DNA from: Camelus dromedarius
Lineage: Eukaryota
Direction: 5' to 3'
DNA length: 64,000 nt
Assembly (NCBI RefSeq): GCF_036321535.1
Contig: NC_087453.1
Span: 372,001 to 436,000, forward strand
This document shows positions 34,901 through 45,715 of the stretch, piece by piece. Below the pieces are notes generated by a model. The model was not told the origin of the DNA and did no database searches. It was given only the letters and a program-made list of their open reading frames with translations. The position numbers and the translations under genes were made by a program. Every line of letters begins with the position of its first letter. The stretch's first letter is position 1.

Positions 34901-37830
34901 CAACGCTCATGCCTGTGGCCCCAGTGACAGACCATACAGAACATAAGGAGGCGACCATCAGAAAAGTCTGGACAGTGGTGGTTTCTGGAGGAGGGAGACG
35001 AGGAGGGGAAAGCTGCATGTAGGCTGAGGCACAGGGAGAACTTCCGGGGTAACTGGCAAATTTGTAGTTCTGATCTGAGCGGTGAGTACTAGGGTGTTAC
35101 AATGATTCCCATGATACACCTGTACTTCCTGCATGTGATTTTAATTTACAACAACAAGATAAAAATTTTAAGTCTCCTGTGTCCTTACTACATATTAGGT
35201 ACTGTTCAAAAATTTTTAATTAATGCATATTAATGCATTCCATTCTCCTAACAGCTGCGAAAGATGATGGTCATCTCTGTTTTACATCTGTTTTATATGG
35301 ATACTGATACATGGAGATTAAGTTAGAGCCAGTGCATGAGAGAATTCCCAGCCTCAGTAATGACTGACAAAATACAAGTTGAATCAAGACCACTTCCCCA
35401 GCTTTCAATGGGCAGGAAGCCGTGAGTCACAGAAGGCGAGCGCGGGTGGTCCTGGCGAAGACCAGGGCCTGGAAACTGCCTGCCGGGCAGGAACAGAGAG
35501 GCACGTGCCCTCCACGCCTCACACCTCAGGGAAGCTCTCACCCCACTGCGTATGAAAAAAGACATGTAGTACAGTGTTCATAGCACATTGTCTGTAATAA
35601 AAACTGGACAACGTCAGGAGACAGGATAAATAGAACGTGGTGTACTCACGTGGAGAAAATCACACAGTAGTTACAATAAACAGTTCCACAGACACCAGCG
35701 GGGCCTTCTCCCACCAACACGCTTAGTGAGACACGCAAGTTGCAAAATGAAGCCTAGGGTGATACTGTTTATTTAGAAAATGAAGCACAACCGTGTACTA
35801 TTTACAGACACACATGTTCCCACAGAGCTAACGTGCACTAGAGAGAGGCACCAACGCTGTGATGCCGAGCCTCCCGGCAGGGGAGGGGACAGCGGTGGGT
35901 CACAGTGTGCTTCAACATTATCTGTGTTACTTCACTTCTAAAAACCCAAAGCAAATGAAGAAAACAGTTATGAGACTGGGGTGTGGTGATGTGGGGGTCT
36001 GCAGGCGGCACTGGTCCAGCCTAAGGTGGACAGAGCAAGCAGCCCCTGAGCGTAGTGGCTGGGAGCACTGCAGAGCCTGGCTGCCCCTGTGACCTGGGCA
36101 ACCGAGGGTTGCAGGACCTGCCTGGCAGGGCTGCTGCTCACCTGAGTTAGTGTGTAGGAAACTCTCGGAACAGCGCCTGCCCAGAGGAAGCAGCACATGG
36201 ACACGGCAGCGCTCACCCTCATATGGGACCCTGCGCAGGGACGCAGGGGGACCCTCCAGAGGGACCAGTGGCAGAAAAGATGGAAGGGCCTACGCCTCTG
36301 TTCCTTGATGTTTGCTGGTGACACAGGTACATCCACTCTGTGGGAACTCAAGCAGGCTTATGAACTATGGACTTTTCTGCAGGTGTGCTGCATTTCTTCA
36401 AAACTTACAAAAAAAGGAGAAAGGGAGAAATGCGCCAAGTAAGACTCTGGGCCCTGCAAGAACCTATAAAGAAATAAGACAAACTTCCTGGTTGTCAAAA
36501 AACAAAACAAAACAAAACAAAAAAATAAGACAACCAAAGAACTCAAAACAGTTACCCTGGACTACTGGCTAGAAAAGAAAAATTTTACAAATCTTCATAG
36601 ATATTCCTTGCAAAGATAAAGTAAAAAGAAACAAAATTAAAATTATGTGCTCAAGGAAAACATCATCACAACCACTGTGAAAACCTGAATATGAACAAGG
36701 TGTTATCGTTAAATTTGCTACGTGTGGCAATGACTTTTTTGATCAGTTAGATTACTTGTGCACCCTGAAGTATTTATAGGTGAAAACCCCAGTAATTTCT
36801 AAAACTTGCTTTAAAACCATCCAGGGGCAGGAAGATGACACAAGACCTGCAAATTGTTAACAAACAATGAAGCTGGATGGGATGGTGGGAAGTCAGCATG
36901 CAACTCTGTAACGTCCTGTCTGTTCAGCAACTTCTATAACAAAGTTTCTATAATAAAAGTAAGTTGTAGCTGCTTCAATCTGAACAGTGCAACTGATGAT
37001 GGTAGGGGTGGGTAGCGTCCATTCTTTTCAACAAGCCTTTCTACACGTGCTCTACCTGGGAAAATCCGAGTAAACCTCTCAACAAGGACACTGCTGTAGG
37101 AATCCCCTGGCCGCCAAAACTCTCTTCTTGTCAGTACCCTGCTGGGCAGAGACGGACGACACACAGCACAGAGGGCCAGCCGTGCCCTGGTCTCATCTGT
37201 AAGCCCCCCACCCCCCACAGGGGCCCAGGACCCCAGGCTTTACCTGCAGTTCTCCTTGAAGCGGCACTTCCCCTCCAGGAAGAAGGGGCAGGGCTTCAGG
37301 GACTTGTGCGTGGGGTAGAGATAGAGCACCCGGACGCCAGGGGAGCCGTCGTCTGCCTCTTCGGTGCCCACGATCATAGCGTTGTGATACTCCAGGGTGC
37401 CCCATGAACTGTAGTAGGGGGCGTTCACCTTCCTCCCGCTCAGCTCTGCCCCGTCCTCCTCGTCCTCCCCCTCTTCCTCCTCCAGCTCAGGCTCGGTGGG
37501 TCCAGGCCCAGTCTCTGCCTTAGGAACAGTCTCCAGCTCTGCCCCAGGGGCTCCTGGCACCTCGGCTCCCTCAGCAACGGCCTTCTGGAAAGCCAAGCAA
37601 TCAGCATCTTCCCGGGCTGGGCGCTCTCCATCCAGTGTGGCCAGCAGCTTGCTCTTCCTGACAGACACCAGGCTGGCCTCGGTGAGCTGGATCAGCTCCT
37701 TCAGGTCCCCCTGCAGCTGGCGCAGGTCCGCCAGCTCGGAGGGATCCAGGCCGGCGCCCAGGGCCAGCTCCACCTGCTGTAGCTGCGCGTCGTAGGTGCG
37801 GAGGGCGGTCTGCAGGCTCTCCTCGTCCAT
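28816..37830 (-). CDS. ZGPAT: ZGPAT (CCCH zinc finger, Tudor-like and G-patch protein), ~514 aa: complement(join(28816..28954,29143..29551,29640..29759,30509..30664,30894..31027,37244..37830))
   Basis: MDEESLQTAL...; CCCH finger KPCPFFLEGKCRFKENCRFSHG; G-patch TRGIGSRLLAKMGYEFGKGLGR; ends HKKMTEF*; 1545 nt, phase-consistent. Confidence 0.97.
29143..29551 (-). CDS. ZGPAT: ZGPAT coding exon 5
   Basis: GLGRHSEGRVEP...VFDFLNEKL...ALARNTG. Confidence 0.96.
29640..29759 (-). CDS. ZGPAT: ZGPAT coding exon 4 (G-patch)
   Basis: FAGWEVHTRGIGSRLLAKMGYEFGK; 120 nt. Confidence 0.95.
30509..30664 (-). CDS. ZGPAT: ZGPAT coding exon 3
   Basis: DVDSGYYTVKFDSLLL. Confidence 0.96.
30894..31027 (-). CDS. ZGPAT: ZGPAT coding exon 2
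   Basis: FSHGQVVSVEELRPFQDPDLSSL; 134 nt. Confidence 0.96.
31136..31245. repeat. Degenerate (CA/CG)n purine-pyrimidine tract
   Basis: cacacacacacgtgc...gcacgcacacgtgcgtatgcgtatat. Confidence 0.85.
32050..33900 (+). mobile_element. L1 ORF2 (reverse transcriptase region) fragments
   Basis: tttatcccaggaatgcaagggtggttcaac...caacaccctttcatgataaaaacactca...gcagagcaatcaagcatgagaaagaaa...tatatagaaaaccctaaa...gcaggatacaag. Confidence 0.9.
34050..34780 (+). mobile_element. L1MC-type 3' UTR fragment
   Basis: gggacaatttgag...tccatgagtccata...atcctgccttccctat...ttttggcaacc...gggcatcactggcagccaacaccaca. Confidence 0.65.
35185..35400 (-). mobile_element. MIR SINE remnant
   Basis: taggtactgtt...cattctcctaacagc...tgttttacat...ggagattaagt. 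Confidence 0.5.
35540..35990 (+). mobile_element. L1ME-type 3' fragment
   Basis: gtgttcatagcacattgtctgtaataaaaactgga...ggataaatagaacgtggtgtactca...gcaagttgcaaaa. Confidence 0.6.
36660..36960 (+). mobile_element. L1M 3' terminal fragment
   Basis: tgaatatgaac...gttaaattt...ctgaagtatttataggtgaaa...cttgctttaaaaccatccag...tgaagctggatggg. Confidence 0.6.
37244..37830 (-). CDS. ZGPAT: ZGPAT first coding exon
   Basis: ATG at 37830; donor GTAAAG at 37243. Confidence 0.96.
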
Positions 37831-39000
37831 CCTGCAAGGAGGGGGCTGCTTTCTCGCGGCGGGCAGGGGCGGGTCCCTGGGTGAGGACCAGCGCTGCGGG
37901 GGAAAGAAGCCAGATGAGCTCAGGACCGGCCACCCCGCAAGGCCGGCACCGAGCGCTGCGCCGACTGCCGCCCTCGGCGGACAGCCTGCGGAGCCGCGAA
38001 GGGCCCGCTCTCCCGGTTTGGGCCGGAGGGGTCTCCAGCTCCGAGTGGAGGAGCCAGAGCCGGCCCCTGGCCACTGCCCCACGGCCGCGGCTCCCTTCTC
38101 GGGCGTCCCGGGAGCTGCTGTCAGGCTCCTCCGGATTCTCCGAGTCTCGGCCCGGGGCCCCGGGCCCGGCCCACCCTCCGCGACCCGCGCCGCCCGTCCC
38201 CGCTCCGCCGGTCACCTCGGACCCGGGCCCCGTCGCGTCCCCGGCCGGGTCCTCCTCCGCGTGGTCTCGCGGCCGCCGCCACACACCGCCCGGCGGCGTC
38301 ACCGGCCGCAGAGGCCCAGCGCCCCGCTTCCGCCCTCGCAGCCCACAAGCACTTCCGCCCGAGCGCCGCTGCCGCCGGCGGAAGTGCCCGGCGCGGGGGC
38401 CGCCGGGACGGCCCCGCCCCTTCCCGGGCGGCCCGCCCGCGTCCCGTCGGGCGGCGCGCGAGGTCAGCGCGGGGTCGGCGTGGGGTCGGCGAGTTAGACC
38501 CGCGGCGGCTCGGCGGCTCGGCGGCTCGGCCGGGCGGGCGAGGTAGGCCGGAGCGGGCGGGCAGAGCTGGGCCGGGCCCGGCGGCCGGTCCGCAGTCCCT
38601 CCGCGCCGCCGCCCGCACCCACGCGCCCCGCCTCGGAAAGGCGCCTGCGGGCGGCGGCGCGCGGGGAGACCCGAGCGGAGCGAAGCCCGGCCGCAGCCCC
38701 GGGTCGGGGAGCGGGGGCGCGGGCGCCGGGAGCAGTTACGGCGGCGGCGGCGGCGGCAGCGGAGGGGCGGCGGGCCAAGCCGGGCTCTAGACGGCCCCGC
38801 TGGCCACCTGGGGGAAGCTGGGAGGCGGGTGCGGGCCGGATCGCCCACTCCTGGTGTCGGGTGCCCAGGCAGGATGTACACGCTGCTGTCAGGCCTGTAC
38901 AAGTACATGTTCCAGAAGGACGAGTACTGCATCCTGATCCTGGGCCTGGACAATGCCGGCAAGACGGTAGGTGCCTGTTCCCGCCAGCACCCCCTCCTCG
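37700..39000. promoter_or_regulatory. CpG-island bidirectional promoter shared by ZGPAT and ARFRP1
   Basis: CpG-dense. The non-coding first-exon donors diverge (ZGPAT donor at 38215 on -, ARFRP1 donor at 38543 on +), with inverted ETS sites between them. Confidence 0.9.
38874..38966 (+). CDS. ARFRP1: ARFRP1 coding exon 1
   Basis: ATG through GLDNAGKT; donor GTAGGT. Confidence 0.97.
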
Positions 39001-42000
39001 CAGTGGTCGTTTTGGCTTTACACCTTTAGCTGCACGTTCTCCACCCAGACAGGACCTAAACCCCATATAAGACCATGGGACAGTTACCACCAGCTGCTGT
39101 AAAAGCAAAATGTTGTCCTGTTTTGCTTTGTTTTAAAGGAATAGCCCCAAGGAGGGATATTTGAGAAACAGTCTTGCAAACTTTTCCGGTTCCTGCCTCA
39201 TGCCTCTCTCTCCTTCTCCCCTCAGACCTTCCTGGAGCAGTCAAAAACCCGGTTTAACAAGAATTACAAGGGGATGAGTCTGTCCAAAATCACCACCACC
39301 GTGGGTCTGAACAGTAAGGGAGGGTCTTAGGGCTGTGGGTTTGGGGGACAGGCCCCTGAGAGTGCTGTGAAGCCTGCAGGCCAGCAGACAGGCGGCCAGA
39401 ACCCTGTGTGTGACGCACTGCTCCGGCTCCCCTTGGCCCCAGTGTGGAGGGGTGCTGAAGTGGCCTGCTTCTCCCCAGGAGAGCTGGGAGGCGGCGTGCA
39501 GGGACCAGGGCCACAGCCTCACCTGTTTTTCTCTCTTCCCTAGTCGGCACTGTGGACGTGGGAAAGGCTCGCCTCATGTTCTGGGACTTAGGAGGGCAGG
39601 AGGAGCTGCAGTCTTTGTGGGACAAGGTAACTGGGGTGATGCCCCGTGGGCTCCCAGCCCACCCCTTGCACCATTTCTCTCCAGGTGGCACCTGGGTCTC
39701 CTTCTCCCTTTCCTCAGAAGACCTTGGACTTACCTTCTTTCCTTCCTGTCAGCAACTTCCGTCACCGACTTGGTTCCTGAGCCGCCCTTTCCCCTCCCCG
39801 GGGCTGTTCCAGCTCTTGAGTTGCTCCCCTAGGAGCGGGACACACTTGGTTCCTTTTGGCTTGGAGGTTTTGTTGCTGCTTAGCACGGGACGAGGCTAAA
39901 GGACAGCCAGGGAGCAGACATGCGGGAGACACGCGCCTCCTTGGCGCTCAGCTTCAGCAGCGGGCCTGAGTCTCTCCCACTGGGTCCTCTTCCCTCAGTC
40001 CTGGCTTAGGACCTGTCCTTGTGGGTCGCCTCTTTCTCTCAGGGGAGGATGTCTTCCAAGGCCCACAGCAGCTGCCTTCTCTTTGGACACAGGCATTTCT
40101 GAGACCTCAGCATGGGGCTCTTCCCCACACACCCCAAGACTGGAGCCCGTCTTCAGCTCAGCCTGTGCCAGGCAGTGGGGTCCAGTAGTGAGAGGAGAGC
40201 CAGCCTCTCCCCCGCCCCTTCCCAGTGGGTTGGCGTGGTGGGTTTGGTGCAGCCCAGGGCTGGGGGCACGGATGTGCCCGCCCCAACACTTGTTGGGGCC
40301 TGGTGCCCAGGCCCTGTTTTCTGGTTTGACCCCAGCAGTAGCACCCAGTCACTTTTTCCTCATTCCCCCCAAACTGTCCCCTCCTGCCCTGACTTTTCGG
40401 TCACGAGAACAGGTTCTGTCCTGTGGCCAGAGTCACTGACAGGCTCTCTGTGGCCATTTTAGTCGGACCAAGGCAGAGCCAAGCCAGGGACTGCTTGTTC
40501 AAACCATATACCCAGGTGGGGAGGCAGAGAGGTCCTGACGTCCTGTCACAGGCCAGGGTCCCAGGAGCAGATACGGTGACAGAGATCAGGGTGTAGGATG
40601 TGTTGAGGTCAGCACCAGGAAGTGTGTGGGGAGGATGCGGGACTGGGTGGGCCGCGGTCATCTCAGGTGGCTGCCTCCTGTCAGGCCGAGCTGGCCGAGA
40701 CTCCCATCCTCCGGGCAAGTCACCACGGTGGGCTGCCCTAAGCAGCTGTGGTGTGGAAAGGTGGTTCTTTGTGGGTCAGAGTGGGCCCTGCTAGACAGCG
40801 AGGTAACAGGTCCCCGCTGCACTCAGGCTCTGCGTTGGGATTGGCTCCTCCCAAGCCTGGTGCCTGGTCGAGTCCTCAGCTTTCACTTCTGCAGGTGGCA
40901 TGACCTCATCTCGAGGAGCTGAGCCCTGGTCACTGAGCTTGCCTTCACTGGGGGTCCCTGGGTTTCTCATATGCTCCCCGGCCGTGGAGCGCAGTGGGTG
41001 CTCTGCCAGTGGGGTCAGATACCTGTGCCAGGATGGAGGCTCCACTGGCCCCTGGGCGAGAGTTGCCTGACCTGCTCAGGAGGCAGCCAGGGTTTGCTAC
41101 TTAGCAGGTCTCCTGTAGTACCCCTGGTGAGTGGGTGTGATGGGGTGACCACACCCCAACCCCAATACTGCAGAGCCTAGAGCTATAGGGACATGCGGCA
41201 AGAGTCCCCTGTAAGTCCCCAGGAGGGGTGGAGAGGGGAGCTCCTGCTCCCTGCCTGGTTCCCAGATGCTGTGTCCTGAGGCCGTCCCTGGCCCCGCGCC
41301 ATCCACCATGCCACCGTATGGGCCAGCTGAGTCGCTTTGTCCCAGGCAGACATGTGCTGGACCTTCACTCCCCGAGCCCACTTCCTCACATCCACCCCAC
41401 AGCCCCATCCTGCGTGCTACCACTTACGGGTCTGTATGTGCGCCAGCCTCAGGCCACACCTGGGTGACCTCCAGCGCGTGCCCACCCAGAGGCCACGCCT
41501 GGGCTCGTCTTTTTCCACCGGTTGTGTGGGACCCCGTGCAGCCTCAGGTGATGTCACCAATGGGGTCTGGGTGGAGCAGGTGCCGTGGGATTGGGGCAGC
41601 CCCTTGCGCTCCTGGTTCTGCTCACATCAGCCCCAGGTGTGTGGCTCCTGTCACTGCCGCCACAGCTGGGCTGTCACCTAGTGTCCAGCGGTTGTGGCGG
41701 TGGATCCATCGCCTGTCTGCCAGGGCCCCGTTGCACACGGGTTGGTGTCCTCTGCCGCCCCCAGAGCCACACGGTGATTCCCACGCTGTCCCTTCCTGCA
41801 CCGAGGCCTCGGCTGTCGGGCTGCCACTCCCGGATCTCAGCAGCAAGGCCAGCCTGCGGCCCTCACATCACCCAGCAGGCTGGCCGGAGAACGGAAGCTT
41901 GTCTCATCCTGGAGTCGGGGTGCCCAACACAGTGTCATGTCCTGTGGCGCATACGGGTGTTCGGGTCCCAGGGCTCACAGTGGGCAGGGAGCCGGGGCAG

Positions 42001-43883
42001 AGCCGCAAGGATGCAGTTACACGCTCCACGAGACATGACGCAGCGCTCTTTTCTTTTGGTTGAGGGGGGGGATTAGGTTTATTTATTTTTTTAATGGAGG
42101 TGCTGGGAATTGAACCCAGAACCTCGTGCATGCGAAGTACGCTCTCTACCACTGAGCTATACTCTCCCCCACTCCGTGCTATTTCCGATCAGGACAGAAG
42201 GCAGACTCCCTGTCCCTGTGCCCTTGCTCCATGCCACCCCCTGTAACTCTCCCCACAAGGTGGGCTCTGGTGGTTCTGGTGGGGTCCCCTCTGTCGCCCT
42301 TGCTGTCAGGAGGCCCAGCACCCTCCACCCCCCCAGACCCTGGCTCCAGTCCAGCCTGCAAGCCTCGGAGTTCGCTGATGCTGCCTCCTGTGCAGAGGGC
42401 AGAGCTGCTTTGAATATCTAGCCTTGCCCCTCGATGGCCTCTCCCTGGCTCACCAGTGGATGCTGGTCAGGCTTGCCATCCGAGCAGGCACGAGACCCTG
42501 TTCGTGTACTCCCCCCACCCCCGGGTCTGCATAGGGACTCCCTGGTCTGGGCCCCGTCAGGCCAGCGGTTGTGAATGGTTGTCAGGAGCAGACACTGAAG
42601 TGGGCTTTGGCCACAGCACCTAGGAAGGGGGGGGGCTCCCCAAGTCCAAGGGGTCTGGGGCCACGTCACCACTCTGCCTACCTCCCCACCCCGAGGAAGC
42701 ACCCCAGCAGGGTCTTCCAGTCAGGGGCTGCCCTGCCTGTGGCTCAGCACCCGCTTCTGCTCCCGCCCAGTACTACGCGGAGTGCCACGGCGTCATCTAC
42801 GTCATTGACTCCACGGACGAGGAGAGACTGTCGGAGTCCAAGCACGCGTTTGGTGGGTGCAGCCAGCCAGGCAGTGGGGGAGTGGAGTGGTTGGGTCCAG
42901 GCTGCACATCCCACATGTTCAGAGCTGGGTGTAAGGGGAGGCTGGCCAGATGCAGGTCAGGAGAGCTGTGGCTGAGAGCATGTCTGTGCTGTAGACAGGT
43001 TGGCAGGGAGGTGGGGACCTCTGGGCAGAGGTGGACAGTGGGTGCTCACTGCCGCCTGTCTGCCCGCCCCAGAGAAGATGGTCACGAGTGAGGCACTGGA
43101 CGGCGTCCCCATCCTCGTGCTGGCCAACAAGCAGGACGTTGAGGTGAGTGCCCCTGGGGGATGGGGGTCTGTTCAGGGAGGGCTGCTGTCTCCCCTCAGA
43201 CGCCCCAAGCCCGTCTGCCCTGCGCCTTCCATCCGCTGGAGATAGCCGCGCTCTGTCCGCCTTCAGCGGTGGACCCAGCTGCAAGCTCTGGGAAGGAAAC
43301 GCCAAAGGACCCAGGGTGGGAGCCGGCACTGACCCTGACCTGTCTGCTGCCCTTGAGACAGCAGCTGTGCCAGCGTCACCCCTGGGACCACTGGGCAGCT
43401 GGTTCCTGGAGCTCCTGTGGCGTGACAGCTGGGGTGCACCTCAGACCACGTGCATCTTGTCCATTCCTCATTTCCCTCAGACCCCTCCTAGGTGGAGTAG
43501 CCCCAGGGCCCCCACTGCTTCGCATCCTTCCTCAGCCCCCATGTCCAGCCAGGCAGCTCTAGGCGCTGTCCTGGGGCTGGGTCCTGGCTGCAGGGCCCTG
43601 CTCTTCACGGCTTTGCCTCCTCCAGGCTTGCCTCTCCATTCCTGACATCAAGACTGCGTTCAGCGACTGCACCTCCAAGATCGGCAGGCGCGACTGCCTG
43701 ACCCAGGCCTGCTCAGCCCTCACGGGGTGAGTGGGACCCTCATCCTGTGGGCTGGGGCCCAGGCTGGCCCTGTCTCATGCCCACTGTCTCCACAGCAAGG
43801 GCGTACGCGAGGGCATTGAGTGGATGGTGAAGTGCGTTGTGCGGAATCTGCACCGGCCGCCGCGGCAGCGGGACATCACGTAA
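38874..43883 (+). CDS. ARFRP1: ARFRP1 (ARF-related GTPase), 201 aa: join(38874..38966,39226..39313,39544..39626,42771..42852,43073..43143,43626..43726,43796..43883)
   Basis: MYTLLSGLYKYMFQKDEYCILILGLDNAGKT (P-loop), WDLGGQE (G3) and NKQD (G4); ends RPPRQRDIT*; 606 nt, all GT-AG. Confidence 0.98.
39226..39313 (+). CDS. ARFRP1: ARFRP1 coding exon 2
   Basis: TFLEQSKTRFNKNYKGMSLSKITTTVGLN. Confidence 0.97.
39544..39626 (+). CDS. ARFRP1: ARFRP1 coding exon 3
   Basis: GTVDVGKARLMFWDLGGQEELQSLWDK. Confidence 0.97.
42048..42170 (-). mobile_element. tRNA-Ala-derived SINE (camelid vic-1-like)
   Basis: The reverse complement reads GGGGAGAGTATAGCTCAGTGGTAGAG..GCATGCACGAGGTTCTGGGTTCAATTCCCAGCACCTCCATTAAAAAAATAAATAAACCTAATCCCCCCC..AAAAG, with A and B boxes and an A-rich tail. 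Confidence 0.9.
42771..42852 (+). CDS. ARFRP1: ARFRP1 coding exon 4
   Basis: YYAECHGVIYVIDSTDEERLSESK. Confidence 0.97.
43073..43143 (+). CDS. ARFRP1: ARFRP1 coding exon 5
   Basis: KMVTSEALDGVPILVLANKQDVE. Confidence 0.97.
43626..43726 (+). CDS. ARFRP1: ARFRP1 coding exon 6
   Basis: ACLSIPDIKTAFSDCTSKIGRRDCLTQACSALT. Confidence 0.97.
43796..43883 (+). CDS. ARFRP1: ARFRP1 terminal coding exon
   Basis: KGVREGIEWMVKCVVRNLHRPPRQRDIT*. Confidence 0.97.
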
Positions 43884-45614
43884 GGACAGCCGGCGACCCC
43901 TGGTGCCCACCGTGCATCCCTGCGTGCTAGAGGAGTTCTGCTGGCTCTGCACCGCTGATCCTGGGGCTGGGTTTGCTGTGCCCTTTGGTTTTCATTTGCT
44001 TTGTTTTTTCTCTAAGACAAACTTTTCTCTGTGTCCAGATAAGTGTAGGCATCCAAGGGCTTCTGCCAGGGGGGCCGGGGCAGTAAGCCAGGCCAGTGCC
44101 ACACAGGACCCTCACCCGACTCCTACTGGGGCCCAGGGCCCAGGGCCACATCAGGCCTGGACACCACCAACCGCCCCCCCCCCCCCCAACCAAGGCCCAG
44201 GTTGCAGGCCCTGGGGTAAGGCCTTGGCAGGCCAACTCTCCTTTTGGAGCTGCTGCCCCAGCAGGCCAGCATGCCTGGCACCCAGTGGGGCCTTAGGGGA
44301 CCCTGCTTGGAAATAGGGTTTTCCAGGGTGGTGGGGTCCTCTGTGGCTTGCAGGGCGGCTCTGGGTATCGTGCCTGTGGAGGAAGCTGGTGGGGTCATGA
44401 CTGTCTTCAGCCTCTTTCATCTCTGATCCTGGCGGTGGGCTGGAGGCCTCGAGGGAGACGTGGCCCTAGTCCCTGCAAGCCAGTAGGGCTGTGGGTTGTG
44501 ACGCAGCCTCAGGACGGGGCAGGAGAGATCTGCCTGGGAGGCCGTGTGCCCCCTGCACTGGCCCAGCCACCTCGTTCTGATCCCAAGCCAGGAGGGGAAG
44601 CTATGTGGTCATGGTGGGAGTGGGTGCCCCCTCTGAGCCTGCCACCAGTCTAGGATGACTGTGGTCACCAGCTCGGGTGCATTCCTAGGTGGGGGTGAGG
44701 GGTGGTGTGCCCCTCGGGTCTGGCGTAAGGCATCTAGAAATCCCTTTCCAGGCCTATGCCCAGGAGCAGGGGCCCCCCAGGTGAGGACCCTCCCCACAGC
44801 CCCCATGGGGGCTGGCAACACCCAGTGAGCCGAGCCATGGACAAAATAGACAGCTGGAATGGCTCCTATCCATTGTTCCTCTGGAGACCTGGCAGCTTTG
44901 TGTCTGAAGGTCAGGCCCCCCAGACTGTTCTCCCTGGTGGGGCGTGGGAGTTGCTGAGGAAGGGATGAGTCAGGGCTAGGGGTGGAGGCCTGCTGCAGGT
45001 GGGATGACTCATGGGAAGGCTGTGACCCTGCCTCTCACTGGGGCCCTTCCTTGGGGGTCAGGCAGGGGGCTCCAGGGCTGGTGGAGGGAGGGCTCCCAGA
45101 ACAAGGGTAAGGCTGAGAGTCCCCCTGGGTGGGTGAGTCAAGCCGTTTTCTGAACCTGCCCCAGAGGAGAAAAGCCTCATTTCCCAGAAAGCCAGTGGGA
45201 CACCCTAGGCCTCCCAGGAGGCTTTGGCTGTCCCTTCCTAGGAAATCCCTGCTGTTTGAAGTGGGCAGAGTCCACGGGAGTGTCAGGTTGAGTGGGAGTC
45301 CTGGTGCCCAGGGCCTGCTGGCTGGTGCCCACTGCTCTGGGTTGCCATCTGTTCTGCAGTGAGAGCCCCTGGGCTTGGCCGCCCACCCTCCATAAGGCTC
45401 TACCTACTGAGCAGGCAATGGGGGATTGCAGAGCGGGCCTCACGGACCCCACCGCGCCCCACAGCTGCCACCCACTGTCCATTGAGGTCTGTCAGATGGG
45501 GGTGGGGCCAGCCTGAGAGTGCTGGACACTCAGGTCGGCTGCCCAGGTCTTTCCCCACCAGGTGTGCCCACTGTGGCCGGTCAGACGCCACACTGACAAA
45601 TCCGCTTTATAAAA

Positions 45615-45620
45615 AATAAA
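45615..45620 (+). terminator. ARFRP1: ARFRP1 polyadenylation signal AATAAA
   Basis: AATAAA at the end of a ~1.7-kb 3' UTR, abutting the TNFRSF6B 3' end. Confidence 0.7.
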
Positions 45621-45715
45621 GTGACCCAGGAACCAGGTCAGAAGCCTCCTTTGGTACAGCTAGGGGGCCGCCCACGCGGGGGGCTCAGGCCGGGAGTGAA
45701 TAGATGGGAGGGCGC

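Noticed and set aside
37601-38962. 453-aa - strand ORF
   Set aside because: Spans the ZGPAT/ARFRP1 CpG island. It starts at a non-ATG codon antisense to ARFRP1 coding exon 1 and has no recognisable domain.
42090-42170. tRNA-Ala(CGC)-like cloverleaf on the - strand
   Set aside because: It has a mismatched anticodon stem and D-arm insertion and is followed by the SINE-specific A-rich tail. It is a SINE head, not a tRNA gene.
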